Of a stretch of DNA of 64,000 nucleotides, positions 40,420 to 49,232 are shown piece after piece. The stretch is from an uncultured delta proteobacterium (GTDB taxonomy: Bacteria > Desulfobacterota > Syntrophia > Syntrophales > UBA2192), in the NCBI GenBank assembly GCA_963705165.1, contig CAVPJD010000020.1:1-64000 (forward strand), given 5' to 3'. A program made the translations under genes and the position numbers. How positions within the stretch are numbered: the first letter of the stretch is position 1; every line of letters starts with the position of its first letter. Below the pieces are notes generated by a model, which saw only the letters and a list, made by a program, of their open reading frames with translations, had not been told where the DNA came from and searched no databases.

Positions 40420-41118
40420 ATGGACATCATCCTTGAAGGCATCCGTCAGGCCTTCATCCTGCTTATCACCTTCGACGCCGAGGTCCTGGGGATCACATGG
40501 TTTTCCCTGAAGGTCTCGGGCACGGCGACATTCATCAGCCTGTTTTTCGGGATGTCCGTGGGGACCGTGGTGGCCCTCACGCAGTTCCCCGGCCGCAAGT
40601 TCGTCGTGAGCCTCATCAACACGGGGATGGCCCTGCCCCCCGTGGTGGTGGGGCTCTTCGTCACGATCTTTTTGTGGCGAAACGGGCCTCTCGGATTTCT
40701 GGAGATCCTCTACACGCCGGCGGCCATGATCCTCGCCCAAGCGATCATCGCCACGCCCATCGTCATGGGGATCTCGCTTGCGGCCATGCAGCAGCTGCCC
40801 AAGAAGCTGCGGCTGCAGATCCTTGCCCTGGGGGCCACACGGCTGCAGATGGTCAGGATCCTCATCCGCGAGGCGAGGCTCCCGCTGCTGGCCGCCGTCA
40901 TGGCGGGCTTCGGCGGCGTCATCTCCGAGGTCGGCGCCTCCATCATGGTGGGCGGAAACATCAAGGGCTACACCCGCGTCCTCACGACGGCGACGGTCAT
41001 GGAGACCAGCCGGGGCAACTTCGACATCGCCATCGCCCTGGGCATCATCCTGCTGCTCTTCGCCTACGCCATCAATCTCGTCCTCACCTATGTCCAGCAG
41101 AGGGAGAGGCCGAGATGA
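40420..41118 (+). CDS. tupB: Tungstate ABC transporter permease
   Basis: NTGMALPPVVVGL, GPLG, SEVGASIMVGGNIKGYTRVLTTA. Confidence 0.93.
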   Translation: MDIILEGIRQAFILLITFDAEVLGITWFSLKVSGTATFISLFFGMSVGTVVALTQFPGRKFVVSLINTGMALPPVVVGLFVTIFLWRNGPLGFLEILYTPAAMILAQAIIATPIVMGISLAAMQQLPKKLRLQILALGATRLQMVRILIREARLPLLAAVMAGFGGVISEVGASIMVGGNIKGYTRVLTTATVMETSRGNFDIAIALGIILLLFAYAINLVLTYVQQRERPR

Positions 41119-42206
41119 CAAGAATCCTCGAAGCGAAAAACCTGAAGGTGATCCGCGGGGGAAGCCTGCTGGTCGACGTCTCAGGCATGACAATCTTCGA
41201 GGGAGAGACCCTCTCGCTCATCGGCCCCAACGGGGCGGGCAAGACGACGCTCCTGCAGGCCCTGTCCTACCTGATGAAACCCTCGGCGGGAGAGATCCTC
41301 TTCCGGGGGCAGGCGGTGGGTGCGCAGCAGCGCATATTGGAATACCGGCGCAGGCTCGCCATGGTCTTCCAGGAGCCGCTGCTATTCGACACGACCGTAT
41401 TCGGCAACGTCGTCTCGGGGCTCAAGATCCGCGGCATTGGCGGCGCCGAGGCCCGGCGCATGGTGGAAGCACAGCTCGAGCGTTTCGGCATTGCGCACCT
41501 CAGCGACCGATCCGCAAAAACGCTCTCCGGCGGGGAGGCCCAGAGGGCGAGCCTTGCCCGGGCCTTCGCCATCTCGCCGGAGATCCTCTTTCTCGACGAG
41601 CCCTTCGCCGCGCTCGACCCGCCAACGCGGGAAGCCATCGTCACGGACCTGGAAAAAGTCCTCGCCGAGACGAAGATCACCACGGTCATGGCCACCCACG
41701 ACCGCAACGAGGCCCTGCGCCTCTCGGACCGAATCGCCGTCATGGAAAGGGGCCGGATCGCCCAGATCGACAGGCCCGCCGTCGTCATGAAGCGGCCCGT
41801 CGACGAGTTCGTCGCCTCCTTCGTAGGGACCGAGACGATCCTGGAGGGACGAGTCGGGGACGTCAACGAAACGTCCCTGATCGTCAACGTGAACGGAGCG
41901 GAGATCGAAGTCGTGGGCAGAGGCAAGGCCGGCGAACGGGTGGTTCTCTGCATCCGCCCCGAAAACGTCACCCTCACCATCCCCGAGGGGAACGTAAAGA
42001 CCAGCGCCAGAAACGTATTCCGCGGGCGGATCGGCAGGATCGTCCCGCTGGGGCTCTTCCACAAAGTCGAAATTGCCTGCGGGTTCCCCCTGGTGGCTTA
42101 CGTGACGACACACGCCCTCGAGGAACTGGCCCTGAGTGTGGGCATGGAGGTGACCGCCGCCTTCAAGGCCACGGCCATCCACGTCATCCGAAAGAGCGGC
42201 TCATAA
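41115..42206 (+). CDS. tupC: Tungstate ABC transporter ATPase with C-terminal TOBE domain
   Basis: GPNGAGKT, LSGGEAQR, LDEP, TH; TSARN..FKATAIH TOBE; true start ATG 41115 overlaps the tupB stop. Confidence 0.9.
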   Translation: MTRILEAKNLKVIRGGSLLVDVSGMTIFEGETLSLIGPNGAGKTTLLQALSYLMKPSAGEILFRGQAVGAQQRILEYRRRLAMVFQEPLLFDTTVFGNVVSGLKIRGIGGAEARRMVEAQLERFGIAHLSDRSAKTLSGGEAQRASLARAFAISPEILFLDEPFAALDPPTREAIVTDLEKVLAETKITTVMATHDRNEALRLSDRIAVMERGRIAQIDRPAVVMKRPVDEFVASFVGTETILEGRVGDVNETSLIVNVNGAEIEVVGRGKAGERVVLCIRPENVTLTIPEGNVKTSARNVFRGRIGRIVPLGLFHKVEIACGFPLVAYVTTHALEELALSVGMEVTAAFKATAIHVIRKSGS

Positions 42207-42245
42207 ACAAATGCGTGCCTTTATTTGGAGGTCAATCAGAAAACC

Positions 42246-42977
42246 ATGAAAGTATATATCGGCTTTGACGACACGGACAACCTGGACGCCGACATCGGCA
42301 CGGGCAAACTGGCCCGCTGGTTCGAGGCATTGCTTCCAGAGGACTGTCGTCTCCACGGTGTCGTGCGGCAGCAGCTTCTCGTCGACGACCGCATCCCCTA
42401 CACCTCTCACAACAGCTCCGCCTGCCTCATCGTGGAAGTTCCCGACATCGCCCTGCTGGAGACCATCAGGGAGAGGGCCGTCCGCCACATCGAAAAAGAG
42501 TCCCTGACGGGAAGCGACCCGGGGCTTTGCATCGCCTGGGGCGATAACGGGGCCTTCGAGCCCCTCATGGAGTTCGGCCGCGGCTGCACGGAGCGCGTCG
42601 TCACCCAGAAAGATGCCCTGAAGGCAGCCAAAGGCTTCCATCTCTCCGGCCATGGCGGGACCAACGACGGGATCATCGGGGCGGCAGCCGGCGTGGGGCT
42701 CACAGCATCGGGCTGGAGCGGGCGGTTTATCGAATTCGCCCGCCTGAGGGATTTTCCAAACATCGTCACCGTCGGGCAACTCGAAGAGCGCGGCATTTTC
42801 GTAGTCTCCATGGACCGCGACGCCGTCTCCCCGCACCCAGAAGACCGGGTGGACACGAAGGGATGGCTCCGGCCGCGCCTTTTGGGCCACAGGGCGGTCG
42901 TTCCCGTGCTACCTTCCGGCAAGGGTTTGTGGTACACTCTCTGGGAAAAGCGCAACAAAAAATCCCATGGGAGGTAA
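42246..42977 (+). CDS. Protein resembling the N-terminal domains of TiaS (tRNA-Ile2 agmatinylcytidine synthetase)
   Basis: VYIGFDDTD, GTG, IPYTSHNSSAC, SDPGLC, GIIGAAAGVG; 243 aa, lacks the TiaS OB and Zn-ribbon part. Confidence 0.7.
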   Translation: MKVYIGFDDTDNLDADIGTGKLARWFEALLPEDCRLHGVVRQQLLVDDRIPYTSHNSSACLIVEVPDIALLETIRERAVRHIEKESLTGSDPGLCIAWGDNGAFEPLMEFGRGCTERVVTQKDALKAAKGFHLSGHGGTNDGIIGAAAGVGLTASGWSGRFIEFARLRDFPNIVTVGQLEERGIFVVSMDRDAVSPHPEDRVDTKGWLRPRLLGHRAVVPVLPSGKGLWYTLWEKRNKKSHGR

Positions 42978-42982
42978 CGATC

Positions 42983-43231
42983 ATGCCAGGAAAAATATTC
43001 TACCGTGAGCGCGGAAAGATCGGCGAGGGGGAGAAAAAGCCCCGGTTCAAGATCGTAGCAGTCTCGGGGGTGGAGATCGATTTTTACTCCTACCATCTTC
43101 GGAAGAAGGAGCTGGAGCAGATCGCCAAGGCGGTCGGGGCCAAGCTCGTCCTGATGGAGAGGGGCACAAAGGGCAGCGAAGACGAGGTGGAAGTGGGTGA
43201 ACAGACAAAAAGCAGAAAGTCAAAAAAGTAG
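42983..43231 (+). CDS. Small basic hypothetical protein (82 aa)
   Basis: GGGAGG RBS, MPGKIFYRERGKIG..HLRKKELEQIA; between the TiaS-like and MoSto-like genes. Confidence 0.7.
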   Translation: MPGKIFYRERGKIGEGEKKPRFKIVAVSGVEIDFYSYHLRKKELEQIAKAVGAKLVLMERGTKGSEDEVEVGEQTKSRKSKK

Positions 43232-43296
43232 CAGAGCAGGCCGGACTTTCAGGCTCACCCGCGGCAAGTAAACCCTAATAAACCAGTGGAGGCAGC

Positions 43297-44124
43297 ATGG
43301 CGCTAATCCGGGAGCGCGACGGGAAACGTCTGCACGTCAAGAGCAAGCTCATGGGGGAGAGTCTCGTCAGCCAGTCCTTCGCCGAGGGCTACGACGTGGC
43401 GCCTCAGCAGAGGCTCTTCCCGGACGTGCACGTCCTGAAGATAGGCGGGCAGTCCATCTGTGACCTCGGCAAGAAGGCCCTGCCGGGTGTCGTAAAAGAG
43501 ATCGCCGCAAACAAGAAGAAACACAAGATGTTCCTGCTCACAGGCGGGGGGACAAGGAGCCGTCACATCTATGCCATCGGCCTCGAGTTGGGGATGCCCA
43601 CGGGGATCATCTCCAAGTTCGGCAGCTCCATCTCCGAGCAAAACGCGCTGCTGGTGGCCACGCTGCTTTCTCCCTGGGGCGGCGTAAAGATCGGCCACGA
43701 CGAAGTCCTGAAGCTCCCGACCTATTTCGCCCAGGGATGCATCCCCGTCATGCACGGGATGCCCCCTTACGACTACTACGCCCTGCCGTCGCCGAAATGG
43801 CGGATCCCCATCCACCGAACCGACGTGGGCACCCTGATCGTGGCGGATCTCATCGGGGCAAAGAGCTGCATCCTCGTGAAGGACGAGGACGGCCTCTATA
43901 CGGACAACCCCAAGAAAAACAAGAAAGCGAAATTCATCGCCGAGATCAGCGCCAGGGAGCTGATCAAAAGAAACCTCGACGATCTCATCATCGAGAGGCC
44001 CTGTCTGGAGATCCTCCAGAACAGCGAGGTCCTCGATCGCATCCAGATTATAAACGGTCTCAAGAAAGGAAACATCACGAAGGCCCTCAACGGCAAGCAC
44101 GTCGGGACGATCATTTACAAGTAA
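43297..44124 (+). CDS. Molybdenum storage protein (MosA/MosB) homolog, amino-acid-kinase/UMP-kinase fold
   Basis: HVKSKLMGESL, RLFPDVHVLKIGGQS, TGGGTRSRHIY, GMPPY, IPIHRTDVG, VKDEDGLYTDNP, INGL..GNITKALNGKHVGTII. Confidence 0.82.
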   Translation: MALIRERDGKRLHVKSKLMGESLVSQSFAEGYDVAPQQRLFPDVHVLKIGGQSICDLGKKALPGVVKEIAANKKKHKMFLLTGGGTRSRHIYAIGLELGMPTGIISKFGSSISEQNALLVATLLSPWGGVKIGHDEVLKLPTYFAQGCIPVMHGMPPYDYYALPSPKWRIPIHRTDVGTLIVADLIGAKSCILVKDEDGLYTDNPKKNKKAKFIAEISARELIKRNLDDLIIERPCLEILQNSEVLDRIQIINGLKKGNITKALNGKHVGTIIYK

Positions 44125-44290
44125 GACACAGCCTCCGGGGGATCGTCGCCGCCCTCGCTGAGAAGGATTTTCGGGAAAGCGCAAAGGCAGCTTCCATCCA
44201 TGTCATCCGGCACGGGAGATACGCGTTATCTTCATCGTGACTCAGGAGGATTTGCCGGAGAATCATTACATCCGTAAAGGGGTATTGACC

Positions 44291-44782
44291 ATGAAAAAAG
44301 GATTGATTGTTTTTACCATCATTCTTGCCGTAAGCCTCGTCTTCAGCGGCATGCTTTTCGCCCAGGCAAAAAAGGGCCCCGCCACCGACGGCAAGGCCCT
44401 CTGGGACTTCATCCAGAAGGAAAAATACCAGAGCTGGAAGATGTGGCCCGGCACCGAGCCCCAGTACAAGGGTCCGGAGCCGCACGGCGCCTTCCTGACG
44501 ACCTACGTCAACCAGGTTGCCTTCGACTCCATCAAGGCCAAGAAGGGCAAGTTCGCCGACGGGGCCATGATCGTCCAGGACAACTTCGACAAGAACAAGA
44601 AGCTCAAGCACGTCGACGTCATGTACAAGGTGAAGGGCTACAACCCCGGCGGCGGAGACTGGTACTGGGCGCAGTACAAGGCCAGCGGCAAGGTGGACCA
44701 GGAAGGCAAGATCGACGAGTGCATCAAGTGCCACGAGGCCCAGAAGACCAACGACTACGTCTACACGAGCAAGATGAAGTAG
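44291..44782 (+). CDS. Exported monoheme cytochrome of the P460 / c'-beta family
   Basis: Signal peptide; PHGA..YVN, FADGAMIVQ, VMYK, GDWYW, C-terminal CIKCH, NDYVY. Confidence 0.85.
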   Translation: MKKGLIVFTIILAVSLVFSGMLFAQAKKGPATDGKALWDFIQKEKYQSWKMWPGTEPQYKGPEPHGAFLTTYVNQVAFDSIKAKKGKFADGAMIVQDNFDKNKKLKHVDVMYKVKGYNPGGGDWYWAQYKASGKVDQEGKIDECIKCHEAQKTNDYVYTSKMK

Positions 44783-44880
44783 ATCTGCAGACGATTTGTC
44801 ATACAGGCGGCTCAAGTTGCGGCCGGCCCCGATGGGCAAAATCTCTTTCCATCGGGTGCCGGCCGCCTTATATTGTCCCC

Positions 44881-45243
44881 ATGGCAAATACCCATCCCAG
44901 AATCGAGCGGGAGCGCAAAACCCTGGAGGCCATGATCCGGATCTTCTGCCGGGACCGCCACGGCACAAAAGGGGAGCGCTGCAGCGATTGCAAGGGGCTT
45001 TTTGCCTTCGCCACAAAGCGCCTGGACAAGTGCTCTTTCGGCCAATACAAACCCGCCTGCGCCAACTGCCCCATCCACTGCTACAGGCCCGACATGCGGC
45101 AGCGAATCCGGGAGGTCATGCGCTACGCCGGCCCCCGGATGTTCTGGAGGCACCCGGTCCTTGCCGCCTCTCACCTCATCGATGGACGACGCAAAGCGCC
45201 GGCCCTTTCCAGCCCCAAAGGCCGGGCCGCAAATAAACCTTGA
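44881..45243 (+). CDS. YgbA-like (nitrous oxide-stimulated promoter family) Cys-rich protein
   Basis: RERKTLEAMIRIFC, CSDC, RLDKC, KPACANCPIHCY, MRYAGPRM. Confidence 0.88.
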   Translation: MANTHPRIERERKTLEAMIRIFCRDRHGTKGERCSDCKGLFAFATKRLDKCSFGQYKPACANCPIHCYRPDMRQRIREVMRYAGPRMFWRHPVLAASHLIDGRRKAPALSSPKGRAANKP

Positions 45244-45268
45244 CAATGACCGGGTAAAGCTTTAAGTT
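45240..45268 (+). promoter_or_regulatory. Sigma70-like promoter
   Basis: TTGACA-N17-TAAGTT, 115 nt upstream of the small basic gene. Confidence 0.55.
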
Positions 45269-45382
45269 ACTTGTGCTTTGAACCGGTTATGACGCATATT
45301 GTCCCCAGAGAGCCCGTGAAAGGCCATGGGGGTTTTTTTTGGCCTGATCTATGCAGATTTTGCCGGTTCGCACAGGAGGAAC

Positions 45383-45547
45383 ATGGGAAAAAGAAATCAC
45401 AACCAGTTCATCAAGCGACAGAAAGAATTGGAGCGTTTGAGAAAAGCAACCGAGAAGATGGCCAAGCGCCAGGGAAAGAACATGAGGGACGAGCCGGCAG
45501 TGGAGTCCACTGGCGCGGAACCCGCCCAGGCAGAGGCCGAAGCGTAA
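45383..45547 (+). CDS. Small Lys/Arg-rich protein (54 aa)
   Basis: AGGAGG RBS; MGKRNHNQFIKRQKELERLRKA.. with acidic tail. Confidence 0.7.
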   Translation: MGKRNHNQFIKRQKELERLRKATEKMAKRQGKNMRDEPAVESTGAEPAQAEAEA

Positions 45548-45638
45548 ACGATCCTTATCAACCATAACCGCCCGCCGCTGAGACGGGCAGACCGGCAAGT
45601 ATGCCGGTAAAAATGCCAGAAGAGAGGTTTATCTGTTA

Positions 45639-46964
45639 ATGAGTTTCAAGTTGTTCGAGTTACATCCATTGATTCAAGCGGGCGTTGAGGCCCTTGGTTA
45701 CGAGGAGCCCACGCCGATCCAGACCGAATGCATTCCGCTCATCCTCCAGGGACAAGATGTCATGGGGATGGCCCACACCGGGACAGGAAAAACGGCCGCC
45801 TTTGGTCTCCCGATCCTGCAGAGGCTGATGACCGGGCCGCGCCGTCGCGTTCGTGTGCTCATCATCGCCCCCACCCGGGAGCTGGCCGAGCAGATCCACG
45901 AGGCCATCAACGAACTGGGCCGAAAAACGAAAGTAAAGAGCGTTACCGTCTACGGGGGCGTGAAGCAGACATCCCAGGTCAGAAAACTTCAGGAGGGTGC
46001 CGAGATCGTCGTGGCATGCCCGGGACGCCTGATCGACCTCATGGACCAGGGGGTCATTGACCTCACCCATCTGGAGGTCCTCGTCCTGGACGAGGCGGAC
46101 CGCATGTTTGACATGGGGTTCATGCCCGATGTCCGGAAAATCCTGAAAAGAATCCCCTCCGAGCGCCAGACCCTCCTGTTCTCGGCCACCATTCCCGACG
46201 AAATCAGGCACCTGGCAAAGGAAGTCCTGCGGGACCCCGTCACCGTGCAGGTCGGCGAATCGACCCCGGTCTCCACGGTCTCCCACGCCCTGTACCCGGT
46301 GGAGCAGCATCTCAAGACGGGCCTGCTGACGAAGATCCTCGACCGCACGGACACGGATTCGGTCCTCGTATTCACCCGGACCAAAGCCCGGGCAACGCGC
46401 GTGGCAACGCACCTGAAAAAAGCGGGGTTCCCCGTCGCGTCCATGCAGGGGGATCTGTCACAGGGCCAGCGCCAGGATGCGCTCAGCGGCTTCCGGACCG
46501 GCAAGTACCGGATTCTCGTAGCCACCGACATCGCCGCCCGCGGTCTCGACATCTCACGGATATCGCACGTGATCAATTACGACATGCCCGATACGGTTGA
46601 TGCATACACCCATCGTATCGGCCGAACGGGCCGCGCCGAGAGAACCGGCGACGCCTTCACGTTTGTCACGCGCGATGACAGGGCCTTCGTGTGGGCCATC
46701 GAGAATGTTCTCGGCGAAGAGATCGAGAGGCGGACGCTGGAAGATTTCGACTATACCGCGGCGCCAAAGGAAGGCGCAAGAGGCGGGTTCCAGAGATACG
46801 GGGGCCGGGATCGTGAAGCGAGTCCGAAGTCTGGGCCGATGCGCCGTGAACTCTCCTCCTTCGCAGCAGCCCACACCAGCTCCGGCTCGACGGAGGGGGC
46901 AAGGAAAGTGACGCTTTTCTCCACGCCCCGATCGAGATCACGCCGGGCACGCAGCGCCCGCTGA
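45639..46964 (+). CDS. DEAD-box RNA helicase (RhlE-like)
   Basis: PTPIQ, TGTGKT, PTRELA, DEAD, SAT, ARGLD, HRIGRTGR. Confidence 0.95.
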   Translation: MSFKLFELHPLIQAGVEALGYEEPTPIQTECIPLILQGQDVMGMAHTGTGKTAAFGLPILQRLMTGPRRRVRVLIIAPTRELAEQIHEAINELGRKTKVKSVTVYGGVKQTSQVRKLQEGAEIVVACPGRLIDLMDQGVIDLTHLEVLVLDEADRMFDMGFMPDVRKILKRIPSERQTLLFSATIPDEIRHLAKEVLRDPVTVQVGESTPVSTVSHALYPVEQHLKTGLLTKILDRTDTDSVLVFTRTKARATRVATHLKKAGFPVASMQGDLSQGQRQDALSGFRTGKYRILVATDIAARGLDISRISHVINYDMPDTVDAYTHRIGRTGRAERTGDAFTFVTRDDRAFVWAIENVLGEEIERRTLEDFDYTAAPKEGARGGFQRYGGRDREASPKSGPMRRELSSFAAAHTSSGSTEGARKVTLFSTPRSRSRRARSAR

Positions 46965-47106
46965 GCTGGAAGCATAATAAGAGGGGGGCATGATTAGCAT
47001 TGCAGTCAGGCCCCGTATGTGATAACGACTCGTTTAGCCTTGTTGGAAAAGCTGGAAGAGTATCGGGTTATCATCACAGGAAACATCAATTTTTTAGGAG
47101 AGGTCG

Positions 47107-47427
47107 ATGAAGATTTACGTCGGGAACATGCCTTACGGTGTCACGGAAGAGGATCTGAAACAGTCTTTTGAAGCATTTGGTCAGGTGACGTCCGTGACGA
47201 TCATCAAGGACAAGATGAGCGGCCAGTCGAAAGGGTTCGGCTTTGTCGAGATGGCCTCGGCAGAACAGGGCCAGGCTGCCATCAGCGGGATGAACGAAAA
47301 GGAACTGAAGGGACGGAAGCTCAATGTCAACGAGGCGCGCCCCCGCCAGGACGACGGTCGCGGTGGTGGCGGTGGTGGCATGAGGCGTCCCGGTGGCGGC
47401 GGTGGCGGCGGCAGGCCCCGTTACTAG
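47107..47427 (+). CDS. RRM RNA-binding protein with Gly-rich tail
   Basis: IYVGNM (RNP2), KGFGFVEM (RNP1), VNEARPR, poly-Gly. Confidence 0.95.
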   Translation: MKIYVGNMPYGVTEEDLKQSFEAFGQVTSVTIIKDKMSGQSKGFGFVEMASAEQGQAAISGMNEKELKGRKLNVNEARPRQDDGRGGGGGGMRRPGGGGGGGRPRY

Positions 47428-47465
47428 ACTCCGGCTTTTCTTTCTCTAAACAACAGTCAAAAAGC

Positions 47466-47491
47466 GGGGTCTCCCGGCAACGGGAGGCCCC
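47466..47491 (+). terminator. GNRA-capped hairpin after the RRM gene
   Basis: ggggtctcccg-gcaa-cgggaggcccc. Confidence 0.55.
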
Positions 47492-47634
47492 CGAAAATTT
47501 CATCGGCTCCCGTCTCGCTACAGGACCGCCCTCCGGTCGGCCGAAAGCACGTAACTGCATGCAGAGGCCGCAAGCCCCCTTGACAAGGGTCGGATGGGGG
47601 GCTTAATTAGCCCAAAACCTTCGGGAGTTATGTC

Positions 47635-47901
47635 TTGGTCGTCAATGGGTCGGGCGGCAAGCCTGATATCGATTATCCATGCCCCTGGGGCTACAAGGTC
47701 ATCGGCTCGGACGTGGAACGGCTGCGAAGCGCCATCGCCGAGGTGATTCAGGAGCGGCCCCACACCATTACCCCCTCGAACTCAAGCCTCACGGGCAAAT
47801 ACCACTGCCTCGACGTGGAAATCGTCGTCACGAGTGAGGAGTGCCGTATCGAGATCTATGAGGGCCTGCGCAGGCACCCCGCCGTCAAGATCGTCCTGTA
47901 G
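47635..47901 (+). CDS. YbeD/DUF493/HP0495-family protein
   Basis: IDYPCPWGYKVIG, SLTGKY, HPAVKIVL; upstream TTGACA-N17-TTAATT at 47580-47608. Confidence 0.85.
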   Translation: MVVNGSGGKPDIDYPCPWGYKVIGSDVERLRSAIAEVIQERPHTITPSNSSLTGKYHCLDVEIVVTSEECRIEIYEGLRRHPAVKIVL

Positions 47902-47960
47902 AGATGAGCAACAAGTCCCTTCGACATCCTTCGACTGGCTCAGGATGGCAAAACCGCAAG

Positions 47961-48004
47961 ATAGAAAAAGGCCCTGGCCGATGTTCGGCAGGGCCTTTTT
48001 CTAT
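47961..48004. terminator. Bidirectional terminator
   Basis: atagaaaaaggccctg gccga tgt tcggc agggcctttttctat. Confidence 0.85.
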
Positions 48005-48024
48005 GCGCTACACGCTGCTCGCTT

Positions 48025-49071
48025 TTACTGCAGGTAATAGGTTCCCCCGTGCGGCACAATGGGTGTTTGTTCTTCCGTCAGACCAACCATCCCGGCCGCC
48101 TTCCGGTAGTCCTTCGGCGGGAGATCCATCGGTTCGTCGGTGAGGTCGAAGACGCCCCACTGCTGGGGGATGAGAACCTTTGCACGGAGGTCTTTGAAGG
48201 CCTGCAAGGCCTCGGCGGGGTCCATGTGGTAAGCGGACATGAACCACCGGGGCTGGTAGGACCCGATCGGAAGAAGGGCGGCATCCATGGGGCCGAACTT
48301 GCGGCCATACTCGGCAAACCCCGGGAAGTAGCCCGAATCGCCGGCGAAGTAGATCTTCCGGTTTGCCGACTCGATCAGCCAGGAGCCCCAGAGCGACCGG
48401 TTCGTGTTGAAGGGCGTCCGTTTCGTCCAGTGCTGGACGGGCAGCAGCCGGTAGGTCACCCCGTGAAGCGTGTATTTCTGGAACCAGTCGAGCTCGATGA
48501 CCCTTGCCCCGGGAAGAATGTCCTCGAACCACTCCCGGTAGCCGAGCGGCGTCAGGTAAAGAGGTCCCGTCCCGAGCTTGCGGATGCTGTCCTTGTCGAG
48601 ATGGTCGTAGTGGTTATGAGAGATGAGGACGACCTGCATGGGGGCCAGTTCCTCGGGCGGCAGGGGGAAAGGGGCAAAGCGGTCGATGAACCAGACGATG
48701 TCCCCGAAGACGGGATCCGTGATGATGTTCTGGCCGTTGACCCGGATCCAGAGGGTTGCATGCCCGAGATAGGTGACGGAGTCATCCCCCTGCACGATGG
48801 CCTTCACATCGGGCCTTGTCACCGAAAAGTACGGCTTCTTCTTTTTTTCTTTCCGGTAGGGATTGGAACCGATCTTCCACTCGAGAAGCCGCATGGTGCT
48901 GCCCGCACGCTCCTCGGACGCCCAGGGGTTGCGGTAGCCCGGGTTTGTATGATGGGCCCTCTCCCGCGCCAGCGTCTCGATGTCCTTCGCCTGACCCCAG
49001 GCCGTCGTCGGGCAGGCATAAACGGCCGTCAGGAACGCAACAAAAACGATCAGATTCGATAACGCCTGCAT
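48025..49071 (-). CDS. Exported MBL-fold hydrolase (NAPE-PLD/RomA-like)
   Basis: YLGHAT, TDPVF, ISHNHYDHLD, QHW, FAGDSGY, PIGSY, HMDP. Confidence 0.9.
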   Translation of the reverse strand: MQALSNLIVFVAFLTAVYACPTTAWGQAKDIETLARERAHHTNPGYRNPWASEERAGSTMRLLEWKIGSNPYRKEKKKKPYFSVTRPDVKAIVQGDDSVTYLGHATLWIRVNGQNIITDPVFGDIVWFIDRFAPFPLPPEELAPMQVVLISHNHYDHLDKDSIRKLGTGPLYLTPLGYREWFEDILPGARVIELDWFQKYTLHGVTYRLLPVQHWTKRTPFNTNRSLWGSWLIESANRKIYFAGDSGYFPGFAEYGRKFGPMDAALLPIGSYQPRWFMSAYHMDPAEALQAFKDLRAKVLIPQQWGVFDLTDEPMDLPPKDYRKAAGMVGLTEEQTPIVPHGGTYYLQ

Positions 49072-49232
49072 ATTCTCCCTGCCATCTGGCCTTCGAAGGC
49101 CCGCCTGCCGGCTAGCCAACGGCTAGCGCAATACATATAATTATGAGGCCCTGACAATCAACAGAAATCTTGCCCCGCCGGCCGGGACGATCCCCCTATC
49201 TTTTTGGCGGGTTATCCGGTAAAAAGGTCTCC

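Noticed and set aside
40497..41114. N-terminal extension of the ABC ATPase ORF
   Set aside because: Off-frame read of tupB; the true start is ATG 41115
43297..44124. Annotation as uridylate kinase pyrH
   Set aside because: Lacks PyrH signatures and the rpsB-tsf-frr context; motifs fit the molybdenum storage protein
47358..47412. GGT/GGC trinucleotide repeats
   Set aside because: They simply encode the Gly-rich tail of the RRM protein
47917..47945. cccttcgac..ccttcgactggctcagga, resembling a REP half-site
   Set aside because: Single degenerate copy with no partner arm in the window
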